A stretch of DNA of 64,000 nt from contig CAYYJQ010000009.1 of assembly GCA_964472295.1 (NCBI GenBank), forward strand, positions 244-64,243, given 5' to 3'. Position 1 is the stretch's first letter. Each line of letters starts with the position of its first letter. This document shows, one piece after another, positions 56,732 through 64,000 of this stretch. This DNA comes from an uncultured Thermodesulfobacteriota bacterium. Lineage in GTDB: Bacteria > Desulfobacterota > GWC2-55-46 > JADFVP01. Position numbers and translations under genes: made by a program. The notes under the pieces were generated by a model that saw nothing but the letters and a program-made list of their open reading frames with translations, was not told the origin of the DNA and made no database searches.

Positions 56732-57175
56732 TTACGGCGTTTCCGAGACCCATACCTCGCCCGAGGATGTTGTCTCGCGTTTCCAGATGGGTGTGGTGCG
56801 CTTTAAATCCGTAATGGCCCACTCGCAGGCCATGAAGGCGTCGTTACGGTGCGCCGAGGCCGCCACGATAAGCACAATGTCCTCGCCTATATCAATATGA
56901 CCCGTCCTGTGGATAATGGCCATCTCGATTATATTAAAATTCTCGAGGGCGCGCCTCCTTATGTCTTCGAGTTTTTTTTCGGCCATGCCGGGATAGTGCT
57001 CGAAGTCCAGTCCGCTTATCTCCACGCCCTTTGAGAGGTCACGGGCCGTGCCCACAAAACTCACGAGCGCGCCAATGCCCTTTGAGGCCTTCTTTACCTC
57101 ATCCTGCACGGCCTCAATGGAAAAAGGCCCTTCCTGAATCCTTACAAGATTTTTCATAATTGCTTTTCTCTGCAC
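56732..57175 (-). CDS. moaE: Molybdopterin synthase catalytic subunit MoaE.
   Basis: ...GALVSFVGTARDLSKGVEISGLDFEHYPGMAEKKL...IIHRTGHIDIGEDIVLIVAASAHRNDAF is MoaE-type. The start is uncertain: the GTG at 57175 or the ATG at 57157. Confidence 0.75.
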   Translation of the reverse strand: MQRKAIMKNLVRIQEGPFSIEAVQDEVKKASKGIGALVSFVGTARDLSKGVEISGLDFEHYPGMAEKKLEDIRRRALENFNIIEMAIIHRTGHIDIGEDIVLIVAASAHRNDAFMACEWAITDLKRTTPIWKRETTSSGEVWVSETP

Positions 57176-57188
57176 ACTCTTTCAAGGA

Positions 57189-57390
57189 GGCATTGAGACG
57201 CCTTGCGTGGTCTATATTTGATGACGCATACCATGCGTTACTATTGGTTTTCTTTGACGCAACGTTTTAATGCCGAACCGAACCCATTGAGCCCCATGCT
57301 GTTTTAGTCAAACTGACCAGGGAGCATTGAGACGCCTTGCATGGTCTATATTTGGTGACGCATACCATGCGTTACTATTGGTTTTCTTTG
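57189..57390. repeat. Two ~72-bp direct repeats (57189-57262 and 57316-57390) in the moaD-moaE spacer. Each ends in an inverted AAAGAAAACCAAT box.
   Basis: CATTGAGACGCCTTGCRTGGTCTATATTTGRTGACGCATACCATGCGTTACTATTGGTTTTCTTTG occurs twice with only 2 mismatches. Palindrome P7 follows the second copy. Confidence 0.75.
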
Positions 57391-57392
57391 CT

Positions 57393-57420
57393 CCACTTTC
57401 TTTTTTCTAAAAGAAAGTGG
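57393..57420. repeat. AT-rich palindrome family, copy P7: CCACTTTCTTTT-TTCT-AAAAGAAAGTGG, with 12-bp arms.
   Basis: Read directly; it lies between moaD and moaE. Confidence 0.65.
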
Positions 57421-57467
57421 AAAAAAATACTCTTTTTCTCTTCTCTTTTCTTACTCTTTCCCGTCTT

Positions 57468-57716
57468 CTACCCGCCGGAAAAGGGCGGCAGGAGTCCCAC
57501 CACGTCTCCGTCGGCAACGAGTTCATCGTCACGGGCGAACTCTTCGTTCACCGAGACGAGGACGCTTCTGCTGCCAAGGACCTCGGCAAGGGCCGGGATG
57601 TCCTCGGAGAGCATTTCCTTCAATTCGCCAACTGTCATGGGTTCTCTTATCTCATACTCCTTGCTCGGAGCACCAGAGAGCCTCTTCAGCATGGCGAAGA
57701 ACCTTACCTCTACCAT
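57468..57716 (-). CDS. moaD: Molybdopterin synthase sulfur-carrier subunit MoaD (ThiS/MoaD fold, C-terminal GG).
   Basis: 82 aa ending ...GDVVGLLPPFSGG. Confidence 0.75.
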   Translation of the reverse strand: MVEVRFFAMLKRLSGAPSKEYEIREPMTVGELKEMLSEDIPALAEVLGSRSVLVSVNEEFARDDELVADGDVVGLLPPFSGG

Positions 57717-57838
57717 GGATGTTTCCTGTCTTCAAACCGAGTGAAATACAAAGCAATTGAGGCGCAAAGACGCCCTTGCAGTGAATATCTCTCAAAAAAA
57801 TGCAAGAGAGAAAAGAGGGGGGAGAGATTCCCTTACCG

Positions 57839-60151
57839 CTACTTGACTTTCTGCTCAAAGGCGCTCTCAAGGTCAATAATATCACGTCTTGCGGCCTTTG
57901 AAAAGAGGGCGGTAAAGGAATCTCCATCTGCGGGGAATTGTGCGGAGCCATAGTAGGCTGTAAGGTGTTCTTCAAGGAAGGATTTAGTGAGGAGGGGATT
58001 GTCTTTTATGGCCTTTATGACCGCGTCAACAACGCGCGTCACATCGCCGCCGGTCTCTGGATAAAGAAGTGCGAATACATCATCATCGAGCCTTGTCACG
58101 TAGTCGAAGTTCCGCGTCTCATTTTTTATTATATCGAAGAACTTGGCTGAGATGGCCTTCATCTTGTTCGGTGATATTCCCTCTGGCCCCATTATCCTGA
58201 GGCTTGAGAGCACAAAATGCTTGTCCTGGCGCCTCGCCCTGTTGAGTTCCTGTTCAACTGTCTTCTCAAGGGCCTCCATGGGGGAAAGCTCCCTTATACC
58301 CTTTGCCTTGCCGGTCTCGCCTGTCTGGGGCTTGAAGATGGTGATACCAAGGGCCCTCTCGGCAAAGATGAGGAACCTCTGGAGTATATCCGCGTCTTCG
58401 TCAGAGAAGGCCCCGGAGTACTGTGTGTCCTCATATATTTTATGAAAGAGTGTGAGGACGCCTTTTATCTCTCCGTCAACGTAAAGGGGGATGGAGAAGA
58501 CGCACTTTATGACAGGAGAGGCCTCTCTGGTGAACTCCCTTGATACGGGTTCATGCCTTCTCAGGACCTCAAGCACTGTCTCCTTCTCGATATAATGGAG
58601 TTCCTGCCTGATGCCCATATCATCGAGGCCATAGGTAGCGACTGTCTGAAAGCGTTTTTCGCCCTGCTCAAGCCTCAGAAGGGCGCCGTCAGCGGCTATG
58701 GCGTTGGCGGCCTTAGTGGCTATAAGGCGGGTAAGTTGCGCGGGGTCTGTTATGGTAATGAGTTCAAGGCCCACATCGTCTATACTCGTAACCTTCCTGC
58801 CCATGCGGTTATCGCGCTCAGACTCCATGGAGCGGTAAATGCTCTGAGCGACAAGGGTCCTAATATCCTTTAAAAACCCCTCGTGGTAGGCCGAGAGGCC
58901 TCCGGGGTTTACCACCTGTCCGCTGAGAGTGCCCACAAAGCGGTTGTTGCAGACCATGGGAAGCGATATATAGAGCTTCTTTATAATATCCTCCTCGGTC
59001 CTGTCCACGAGGAAGACGTCTTTTCTCGTCTCCATGGAGTAGCCCTCAATGCCCTGGCCCTTCCTGATGCCCCCGAATATGCCGAGCCCTCCCGTGCCGC
59101 CCGCGCTCGAGGCCTTGAGGACCAGGCTCCTGGTCTTGTCGTTATAGAGATAGAGAAGGCACGTCATTCCCGGAACCTCTCCGGCCACCTTTCTTGCGAG
59201 GGAGGCGAGGTTCTTGTCAAGGGGCGTCTCCGAGTTCATCATGCCGTCTATCTCCTTCCAGAAGGAGAACTTGGCCGCGTCAGAGCGTATGCCCTCGTAC
59301 TCAAGGGATTTATGGATTACCTCAGAGGCGAGGGCGGCGAACCTGGTGAGGAACTTGAGGTCATCATCAGAGTACAGGTCCGGCGACTCGCTGGAACTCA
59401 CGTTTATGACACCAAAGACCTTGCGGTCAACCATGAGGGGCACGCACATGGCGCTCTTGGCGTCATCACGCTCCATGGGCTTGAGGTATTTGCCCGGGTC
59501 CGCCCTGCCGGATATGATTACGGCCTTGCCCTTCTGCGCTACATGACCAGAGACACCTGTGCCAATGGGCACGCGTATCTTGCGGATAACCTCTTCGTCC
59601 ATGCCGCTTGCAGACTCCACGCGAAGGGCGTTCGCGGCCTCATCAAGAAGCATGATGGAAGAACGCTGTGCGCCCGTGAACTCTATTACAAGCTTCATTA
59701 TCACTGAGACGAGTTCTTTCCTGTCGGTTATAAGGTAGAGAGAATCCACTATTTCTCGAAGAGATGAGAATATGGCGTCCCTGTTGCCGCCCTTTTCCCC
59801 TTCCATGAAGGATCCGCGGACCTCCCATAGAAGCCTCGCGCCAAGGGGGCCGAACCTCTCCATTGATATAAAGTGCGGTGATTTGAGGAACTCCGAACTC
59901 TCGCTATCCTGAAGCGCGTCTATTACAGTATTGACATAGGGGTCGGCCTTTATCTCCTCAAGGTCATTAGTGGTCTTTATGTTGAGCCTTGGCGAGAGTC
60001 TGTAACCCAGTTCGTCAAGTTTGAATATCATGGCGTCCCTGTTGGGGTCGGCGATTATCCTAATATCGGTCTTGCCGTCCCCAAGGAGTATGGGAAGGAG
60101 TTTCAATGCCTCTTTGTTGGCCCCTATTATGGCAACGTGCTTGACGCCCAT
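57839..60151 (-). CDS. Large multi-GAF-domain signalling protein with an N-terminal Rossmann-like segment and a degenerate C-terminal GGDEF-like region.
   Basis: 770 aa. Repeated GAF-like blocks (SIMLLDEAANALRVESASG...VPIGTGVSGHVAQKGKAVII; CLLYLYNDKTRSLVLKASSAGG...) and a C-terminal ...RLDDDVFALLYPETGGD. Confidence 0.55.
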   Translation of the reverse strand: MGVKHVAIIGANKEALKLLPILLGDGKTDIRIIADPNRDAMIFKLDELGYRLSPRLNIKTTNDLEEIKADPYVNTVIDALQDSESSEFLKSPHFISMERFGPLGARLLWEVRGSFMEGEKGGNRDAIFSSLREIVDSLYLITDRKELVSVIMKLVIEFTGAQRSSIMLLDEAANALRVESASGMDEEVIRKIRVPIGTGVSGHVAQKGKAVIISGRADPGKYLKPMERDDAKSAMCVPLMVDRKVFGVINVSSSESPDLYSDDDLKFLTRFAALASEVIHKSLEYEGIRSDAAKFSFWKEIDGMMNSETPLDKNLASLARKVAGEVPGMTCLLYLYNDKTRSLVLKASSAGGTGGLGIFGGIRKGQGIEGYSMETRKDVFLVDRTEEDIIKKLYISLPMVCNNRFVGTLSGQVVNPGGLSAYHEGFLKDIRTLVAQSIYRSMESERDNRMGRKVTSIDDVGLELITITDPAQLTRLIATKAANAIAADGALLRLEQGEKRFQTVATYGLDDMGIRQELHYIEKETVLEVLRRHEPVSREFTREASPVIKCVFSIPLYVDGEIKGVLTLFHKIYEDTQYSGAFSDEDADILQRFLIFAERALGITIFKPQTGETGKAKGIRELSPMEALEKTVEQELNRARRQDKHFVLSSLRIMGPEGISPNKMKAISAKFFDIIKNETRNFDYVTRLDDDVFALLYPETGGDVTRVVDAVIKAIKDNPLLTKSFLEEHLTAYYGSAQFPADGDSFTALFSKAARRDIIDLESAFEQKVK

Positions 60152-60153
60152 CT

Positions 60154-60549
60154 CTATATCCTCTCAAGAATATTAAGGTCCAGAAGTTTCCTTATAAGCC
60201 CCACGGAATCTCCCGCAAAGTCAACGGGGGCCCTGTCACTCTCCATGGAGGGCTCTCCTGCCCCCTCACACACACCCTCGGCAAAGGTCTCCTCTTCAAT
60301 GGAATGCTCCGGGGCCTGAGCGCCTGGCTCCACCTCGAACTCGCCCTCTTTCCATGTAAGGAGTTCCTTGAGGGCGTCCTCGCCCGACACGTCACGGTAC
60401 TGGGCATGTACGACAGCGCCGTCTTTTATATATATATGTCCAAAACCACGGGGAGAGCTTAAATGAACGGCAGCGGTCTTGGCCTCTGCCACGAAAATCT
60501 GCAGTATGTCCCTTGGTCTTATATCAACAAGCCTGCCCTTGACGCTCAT
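60154..60549 (-). CDS. DUF4388-domain protein.
   Basis: 131 aa. GRLVDIRPRDILQIF...HIYIKDGAVVHAQYRDVSGEDALKELLTWKEGEFEVE matches the DUF4388 pattern. It is translationally coupled to the GAF gene. Confidence 0.5.
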   Translation of the reverse strand: MSVKGRLVDIRPRDILQIFVAEAKTAAVHLSSPRGFGHIYIKDGAVVHAQYRDVSGEDALKELLTWKEGEFEVEPGAQAPEHSIEEETFAEGVCEGAGEPSMESDRAPVDFAGDSVGLIRKLLDLNILERI

Positions 60550-60632
60550 GGAGTCCCCTTGGATGAAGTTACAATGTCCCTCTCAATAAGAATATCGCCC
60601 AACAATGCCAAACATATGTCCTACATAGAAAG

Positions 60633-60646
60633 CAAAAGGCGTGCCA
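60633..60646 (-). promoter_or_regulatory. Sigma-54 promoter of the DUF4388-GAF operon.
   Basis: The minus strand reads TGGCACGCCTTTTGC, an exact TGGCACG-N4-TTGC. It lies ~90 nt upstream of the ATG at 60549. Confidence 0.6.
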
Positions 60647-60862
60647 AAACTAACTTATTGATTTATAAGGTTTTTTTTAAAACGCCCCATAAAAATAGCG
60701 CATTTTTTTCATAATGTTGTAACTTTTGTCATATGCAGGGCAAAGAAATAAACTCAGGAGAGGCCAGAAGGTAGTAATCGCGGGAGCATGAACAGGAGAA
60801 AGAGAGGAGAAAAGATGCGGCAGGGGCCAGCCCCTCCCACCAGCGAATAGGCGGGTCCGGGC

Positions 60863-62122
60863 CTACACCCGGACCTGCCCCTCGCCATAGACAATGAACT
60901 TCTGCGTCGTAAGTTCCTCAAGGCCCATGGGGCCAAAGGCGTGCAATTTGGTGGTGGATATGCCGATTTCAGCGCCAAGGCCAAGTTCGAACCCGTCGGA
61001 GAACCTCGTAGATGCGTTCACCATTACAGTAGACGAGTTCACCTCTCTTAAGAACCTCTGGGCATTGGCGTAACTCTCTGTAACAATGGACTCCGTATGT
61101 AGCGAGCCGTATTTTTCGATGTGAGAGACAGCCTCGCTGAACCCGTCAACAACCTTCACGGCAAGGACAAGGGATAGAAACTCCGCGCCCCAGTCCTCTT
61201 CGGTCGCGGCCTTTGCCTTATCGCCAAGTATGCGGACCGTCTCGGCGCAACCCCGTATCTCCACCCCTGCTTCTTTATATTTATCATAGACAAGGGGCAG
61301 GAACTCCCCTGCCACGGCCTCGTGCACAAGGAGGGTCTCCATGGCGTTACAGACCCCGGGGCGGGCCACCTTGGCGTTATAGGCAATCTCAACGGCCATC
61401 TCCATATCCGCGAACTCGTCCACATAGACATGGCAGACGCCCTTGTAGTGTTTTATAACGGGTATCTTCGAGTTCTCGACTACAAAGCGTATGAGGCCCT
61501 CGCCACCACGTGGTATGATTACGTCTATATAGTCCTCGAGTTTCAGCATCTCAAGGACGGCCTCGCGGTCAGTGGTGGTGACCACCTGTATGGCGTCCCC
61601 GGGCACCCCGGAGGCCCTGCAGGCCTCGTTCAGGACCTTGGCCACGGCCATGTTCGAGTGTATGGCCTCGGAGCCTCCGCGAAGCACAACGGCATTACCT
61701 GATTTAAGGCAGAGGGCCGCGGCGTCGCTCGTGACGTTTGGCCTTGATTCATATATTATGCCCACAACGCCAAGGGGTATGCGCTGGCGTCCCACAAGAA
61801 GCCCGTTGGGCCTCTTCCACATTCCCGTAACCTCGCCCACCGGGTCGGTAAGGGCCGCCACCTCGCGAAGGCTCGTAGCCATGGACCTGAGCACCTTGTC
61901 CGAGAGGCAGAGCCTATCCACCATGGCAGGGGCCATGCCCTTATCGCGCGCCGCGCTGAGGTCTTTTTCGTTCTCGGACTGCAAGAAGGCAGAATTTTTT
62001 TCCATGCCCTCGGCCATGGCCATGAGGGCGCTGTTCTTAACGGTGGTACTTAGCCTTGAGACAAGGCGTCCAGCGGCCCGGGCCCTCTCGCCAAGTTTCC
62101 TCATGTCATCAACAATACTCAT
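60863..62122 (-). CDS. proA: Gamma-glutamyl phosphate reductase ProA.
   Basis: 419 aa. ...[39 protein letters not shown]... is the ProA signature. Confidence 0.9.
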   Translation of the reverse strand: MSIVDDMRKLGERARAAGRLVSRLSTTVKNSALMAMAEGMEKNSAFLQSENEKDLSAARDKGMAPAMVDRLCLSDKVLRSMATSLREVAALTDPVGEVTGMWKRPNGLLVGRQRIPLGVVGIIYESRPNVTSDAAALCLKSGNAVVLRGGSEAIHSNMAVAKVLNEACRASGVPGDAIQVVTTTDREAVLEMLKLEDYIDVIIPRGGEGLIRFVVENSKIPVIKHYKGVCHVYVDEFADMEMAVEIAYNAKVARPGVCNAMETLLVHEAVAGEFLPLVYDKYKEAGVEIRGCAETVRILGDKAKAATEEDWGAEFLSLVLAVKVVDGFSEAVSHIEKYGSLHTESIVTESYANAQRFLREVNSSTVMVNASTRFSDGFELGLGAEIGISTTKLHAFGPMGLEELTTQKFIVYGEGQVRV

Positions 62123-62152
62123 AACCTCTCCTCCCCGTTTTAGTTGAGAGAC

Positions 62153-63280
62153 CTAAATTACCACGAGGTTATCCCTGTGAATGACCTCGTCATATACCTT
62201 GTATCCGAGTTTTCGCTCTATCTCCGCGCTTCTTGCGCCCTTGATGAGCCTTATCTCGGCGGAACTGTAGTTAGTGAGCCCCCTTGCGAACTCCATGCCC
62301 CCTGAGTCCACGCAGTGCACCACCTCGCCAGACTCGAACTCTCCATCCACGTCCACTATGCCCGAGGGCAGGAGGCTTTTTTTCCCCTCAAGGAGGGCCT
62401 TTCTCGCGCCGTCATCGACAAAGACCCTGCCCGTGGGACGGGATGAGAAGGCTATCCAGTGCTTACGGCTCGTAAGGCTCTGCTCCATGGGCATGAAGAA
62501 GGTCCCCGGGCTCTTGCCCTCGAATATTTTTTTTATTACCTCGTGGTCAAGACCGCTGGCGACAACGGTTGGCACTCCAAAGTGCGCCGCCGTGCGCGCG
62601 GAAAGGGTCTTTGTCCTCATGCCGCCCGAGCCAAGGGGACCGGCCTCGGAGCAGAAGGAGTCGCCGCAGAGGGCGTCAACATCCGTAACAATGGGTATCC
62701 GCCGGGCCTCTCTGTCAACGCGGGGGTCCCTGTCATGGAGGCCGTCAATATCTGTCAGAATTACAAGGAGGTCGGCGTTAACGAGGTTTGTCACAAGGGC
62801 CGAGAGTTCGTCATTGTCGCCGAGTTTTATCTCTTCCGTGGCAACGGTGTCGTTCTCGTTTATAACTGGCACAATGCCCATGCCAAGGAGCGTAAGCGCC
62901 GTGTTCCTGGCGTTCAGGAACCTCTTTCTGTCGGAAAAATCATCGTGCGTGAGGAGGACCTGCCCCATGAGGAGGCCGGCGCTTGAAAAGGCCTTCTTGT
63001 AGTTGAACATGAGGTTCAGCTGGCCGGCAGAGGCAACGGCCTGTATCTCCGGTATGGTGGCGGGCCGTTCGTTGAGACCAAGGGCCTTCATGCCAAGGGC
63101 AACGGCTCCGCTCGTTACGATGACCACCTCGCGTCCCGTGGCCTTTAGAAACTTTACATCCCCGGCGACACGCTCGAAGACACCGGGACTACCGGCAAGG
63201 ACCGCGCTCCCAATCTTTATGACAACGCGGCGGGCCGACTTTATCAGTTCTTTTTCATGAGAGAGATTTGTATCGTGCAT
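62153..63280 (-). CDS. proB: Glutamate 5-kinase ProB with a C-terminal PUA domain.
   Basis: RVVIKIGSAVLAG...VPVINENDTVATEEI are kinase motifs. 375 aa. Confidence 0.9.
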   Translation of the reverse strand: MHDTNLSHEKELIKSARRVVIKIGSAVLAGSPGVFERVAGDVKFLKATGREVVIVTSGAVALGMKALGLNERPATIPEIQAVASAGQLNLMFNYKKAFSSAGLLMGQVLLTHDDFSDRKRFLNARNTALTLLGMGIVPVINENDTVATEEIKLGDNDELSALVTNLVNADLLVILTDIDGLHDRDPRVDREARRIPIVTDVDALCGDSFCSEAGPLGSGGMRTKTLSARTAAHFGVPTVVASGLDHEVIKKIFEGKSPGTFFMPMEQSLTSRKHWIAFSSRPTGRVFVDDGARKALLEGKKSLLPSGIVDVDGEFESGEVVHCVDSGGMEFARGLTNYSSAEIRLIKGARSAEIERKLGYKVYDEVIHRDNLVVI

Positions 63281-64000
63281 CAGAATTCCTCGGCGCGCCC
63301 CTTGCCAGGGGGGACCTCCTGCCTGAGCCTCTCGAGCTCCGCGCCTATGAACTTTACGAGGGGGTCAATGCCCTGCCCTGAAACGGCTGATATGGAAAAG
63401 ACCTTTATACCTGAAGAGCGGAAGAAAGGCAAGACCTCACCGGCTCGGTCCTCCGCGCCCGTTAGGTCCATCTTGTTAAGGGCCACCACCTGGGGCCGTC
63501 CGGCAAGGGCGGAATCAAAGGCCTTTAATTCCCTCATTATCATCTTGAAGTCCTCAATGGGGTCGCGCCCGGTCATGGGCGACATGTCAACGAGGTGCAG
63601 GAGAAAACTCGTCCTCTCAACGTGCTTTAAAAAGCGTATGCCAAGGCCCTTTCCCCTGTGAGCGCCCTCCACAAGGCCCGGTATGTCCACGATGACGAAT
63701 TCCGAGAAGTCCTTCCACTTTACCACACCGAGTTTGGGCGTAAGCGTTGTAAAGGGATAGTCTGCTATCCTCGGCCTTGCCGCGGATATGCGCGATATGA
63801 GCGTGGACTTTCCGGCGTTGGGCATCCCTATGATGGCCACATCGGCAAGGAGCCGGAGTTCAAGCCTTATATCCATCTCAGAGCCCTCCTCGCCGGGCTG
63901 GGCGAACTTCGGGGCCTGATGCGTCGCGCTCTTGAAGTGGGCGTTGCCCTTGCCGCCGCGTCCGCCCTTCAAAAGCCGTATCTCCTTCTCAAGGTCCGTA
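63280..64000 (-). CDS. obg: GTPase Obg/CgtA. The N-terminal part is beyond the window end.
   Basis: G-domain motifs GMPNAGKST, DIPGLVEGA and NKMD are present. The ORF is open at 64000. Confidence 0.85.
   Translation of the reverse strand, partial: TDLEKEIRLLKGGRGGKGNAHFKSATHQAPKFAQPGEEGSEMDIRLELRLLADVAIIGMPNAGKSTLISRISAARPRIADYPFTTLTPKLGVVKWKDFSEFVIVDIPGLVEGAHRGKGLGIRFLKHVERTSFLLHLVDMSPMTGRDPIEDFKMIMRELKAFDSALAGRPQVVALNKMDLTGAEDRAGEVLPFFRSSGIKVFSISAVSGQGIDPLVKFIGAELERLRQEVPPGKGRAEEF

Noticed and set aside
57337-57744. 135-aa plus-strand ORF across the moaD region
   Set aside because: It overlaps moaD antisense and the repeat-filled spacer. The composition is low complexity (Ser/Thr/Phe/Leu runs) with no RBS.

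Overview
This is a roughly 58-60% GC bacterial chromosomal segment with no rRNA, tRNA, transposase or integrase genes that I could recognise. Anaerobe-type redox genes and heavy AGR arginine codon use suggest a thermophile; the lineage is uncertain. The left ~38 kb is a continuous minus-strand flagellar supercluster, flanked by motAB and a truncated sigma-54 activator on one side and a REC-GGDEF regulator plus an unorthodox hybrid histidine kinase on the other. Reading from 37967 down to 3962 it holds flgF-flgG-flgA-flgH-flgI-flgJ(rod-binding)-flgM-flgN-flgK-flgL, then csrA-fliW. Next comes an ~20 kb flagellin glycosylation island with a pseudaminic-acid core (pseB-pseC-pseI-pseF, then pseG further down) and no recognisable PseH. 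The island also carries two zinc alcohol dehydrogenases, a transaldolase/FSA-like enzyme, two SAM methyltransferases, an ATP-grasp ligase, a B12-binding radical-SAM enzyme, a GH57-like 704-aa protein, a class-III aminotransferase, a Gfo/Idh/MocA oxidoreductase and a Maf motility-accessory-factor homologue. It ends with flagellin fliC, fliD, fliS, a small chaperone-like gene and a PilZ protein. The right ~21 kb encodes msrB, prmC, narK, usp, a geranylgeranyl-reductase-family enzyme, a rubrerythrin-like protein, two tiny zinc-ribbon/rubredoxin-like proteins, a MidA/NDUFAF7-like methyltransferase, an aconitase-family enzyme, a putative cyclic-2,3-diphosphoglycerate synthetase, a proline dehydrogenase, mogA, moaE/moaD, a sigma-54-dependent DUF4388+GAF operon, proA, proB and obg. 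The noncoding space is unusually structured. It contains a 79-bp tandem array at the maf start codon, an AT-rich perfect-palindrome family in at least 7 copies, an 'AAAGAAAACCAAT' box in at least 9 copies, two further palindrome families, and G-run tracts after stop codons that also appear in frame inside two genes. I also predict three sigma-54 promoters, one strong and two weaker sigma-28-like promoters, CsrA sites in the fliC leader, and a GGA-rich candidate sRNA. The most plausibly novel system is the elaborated pseudaminic-acid-type flagellin glycosylation island together with these repeat-laden regulatory elements.
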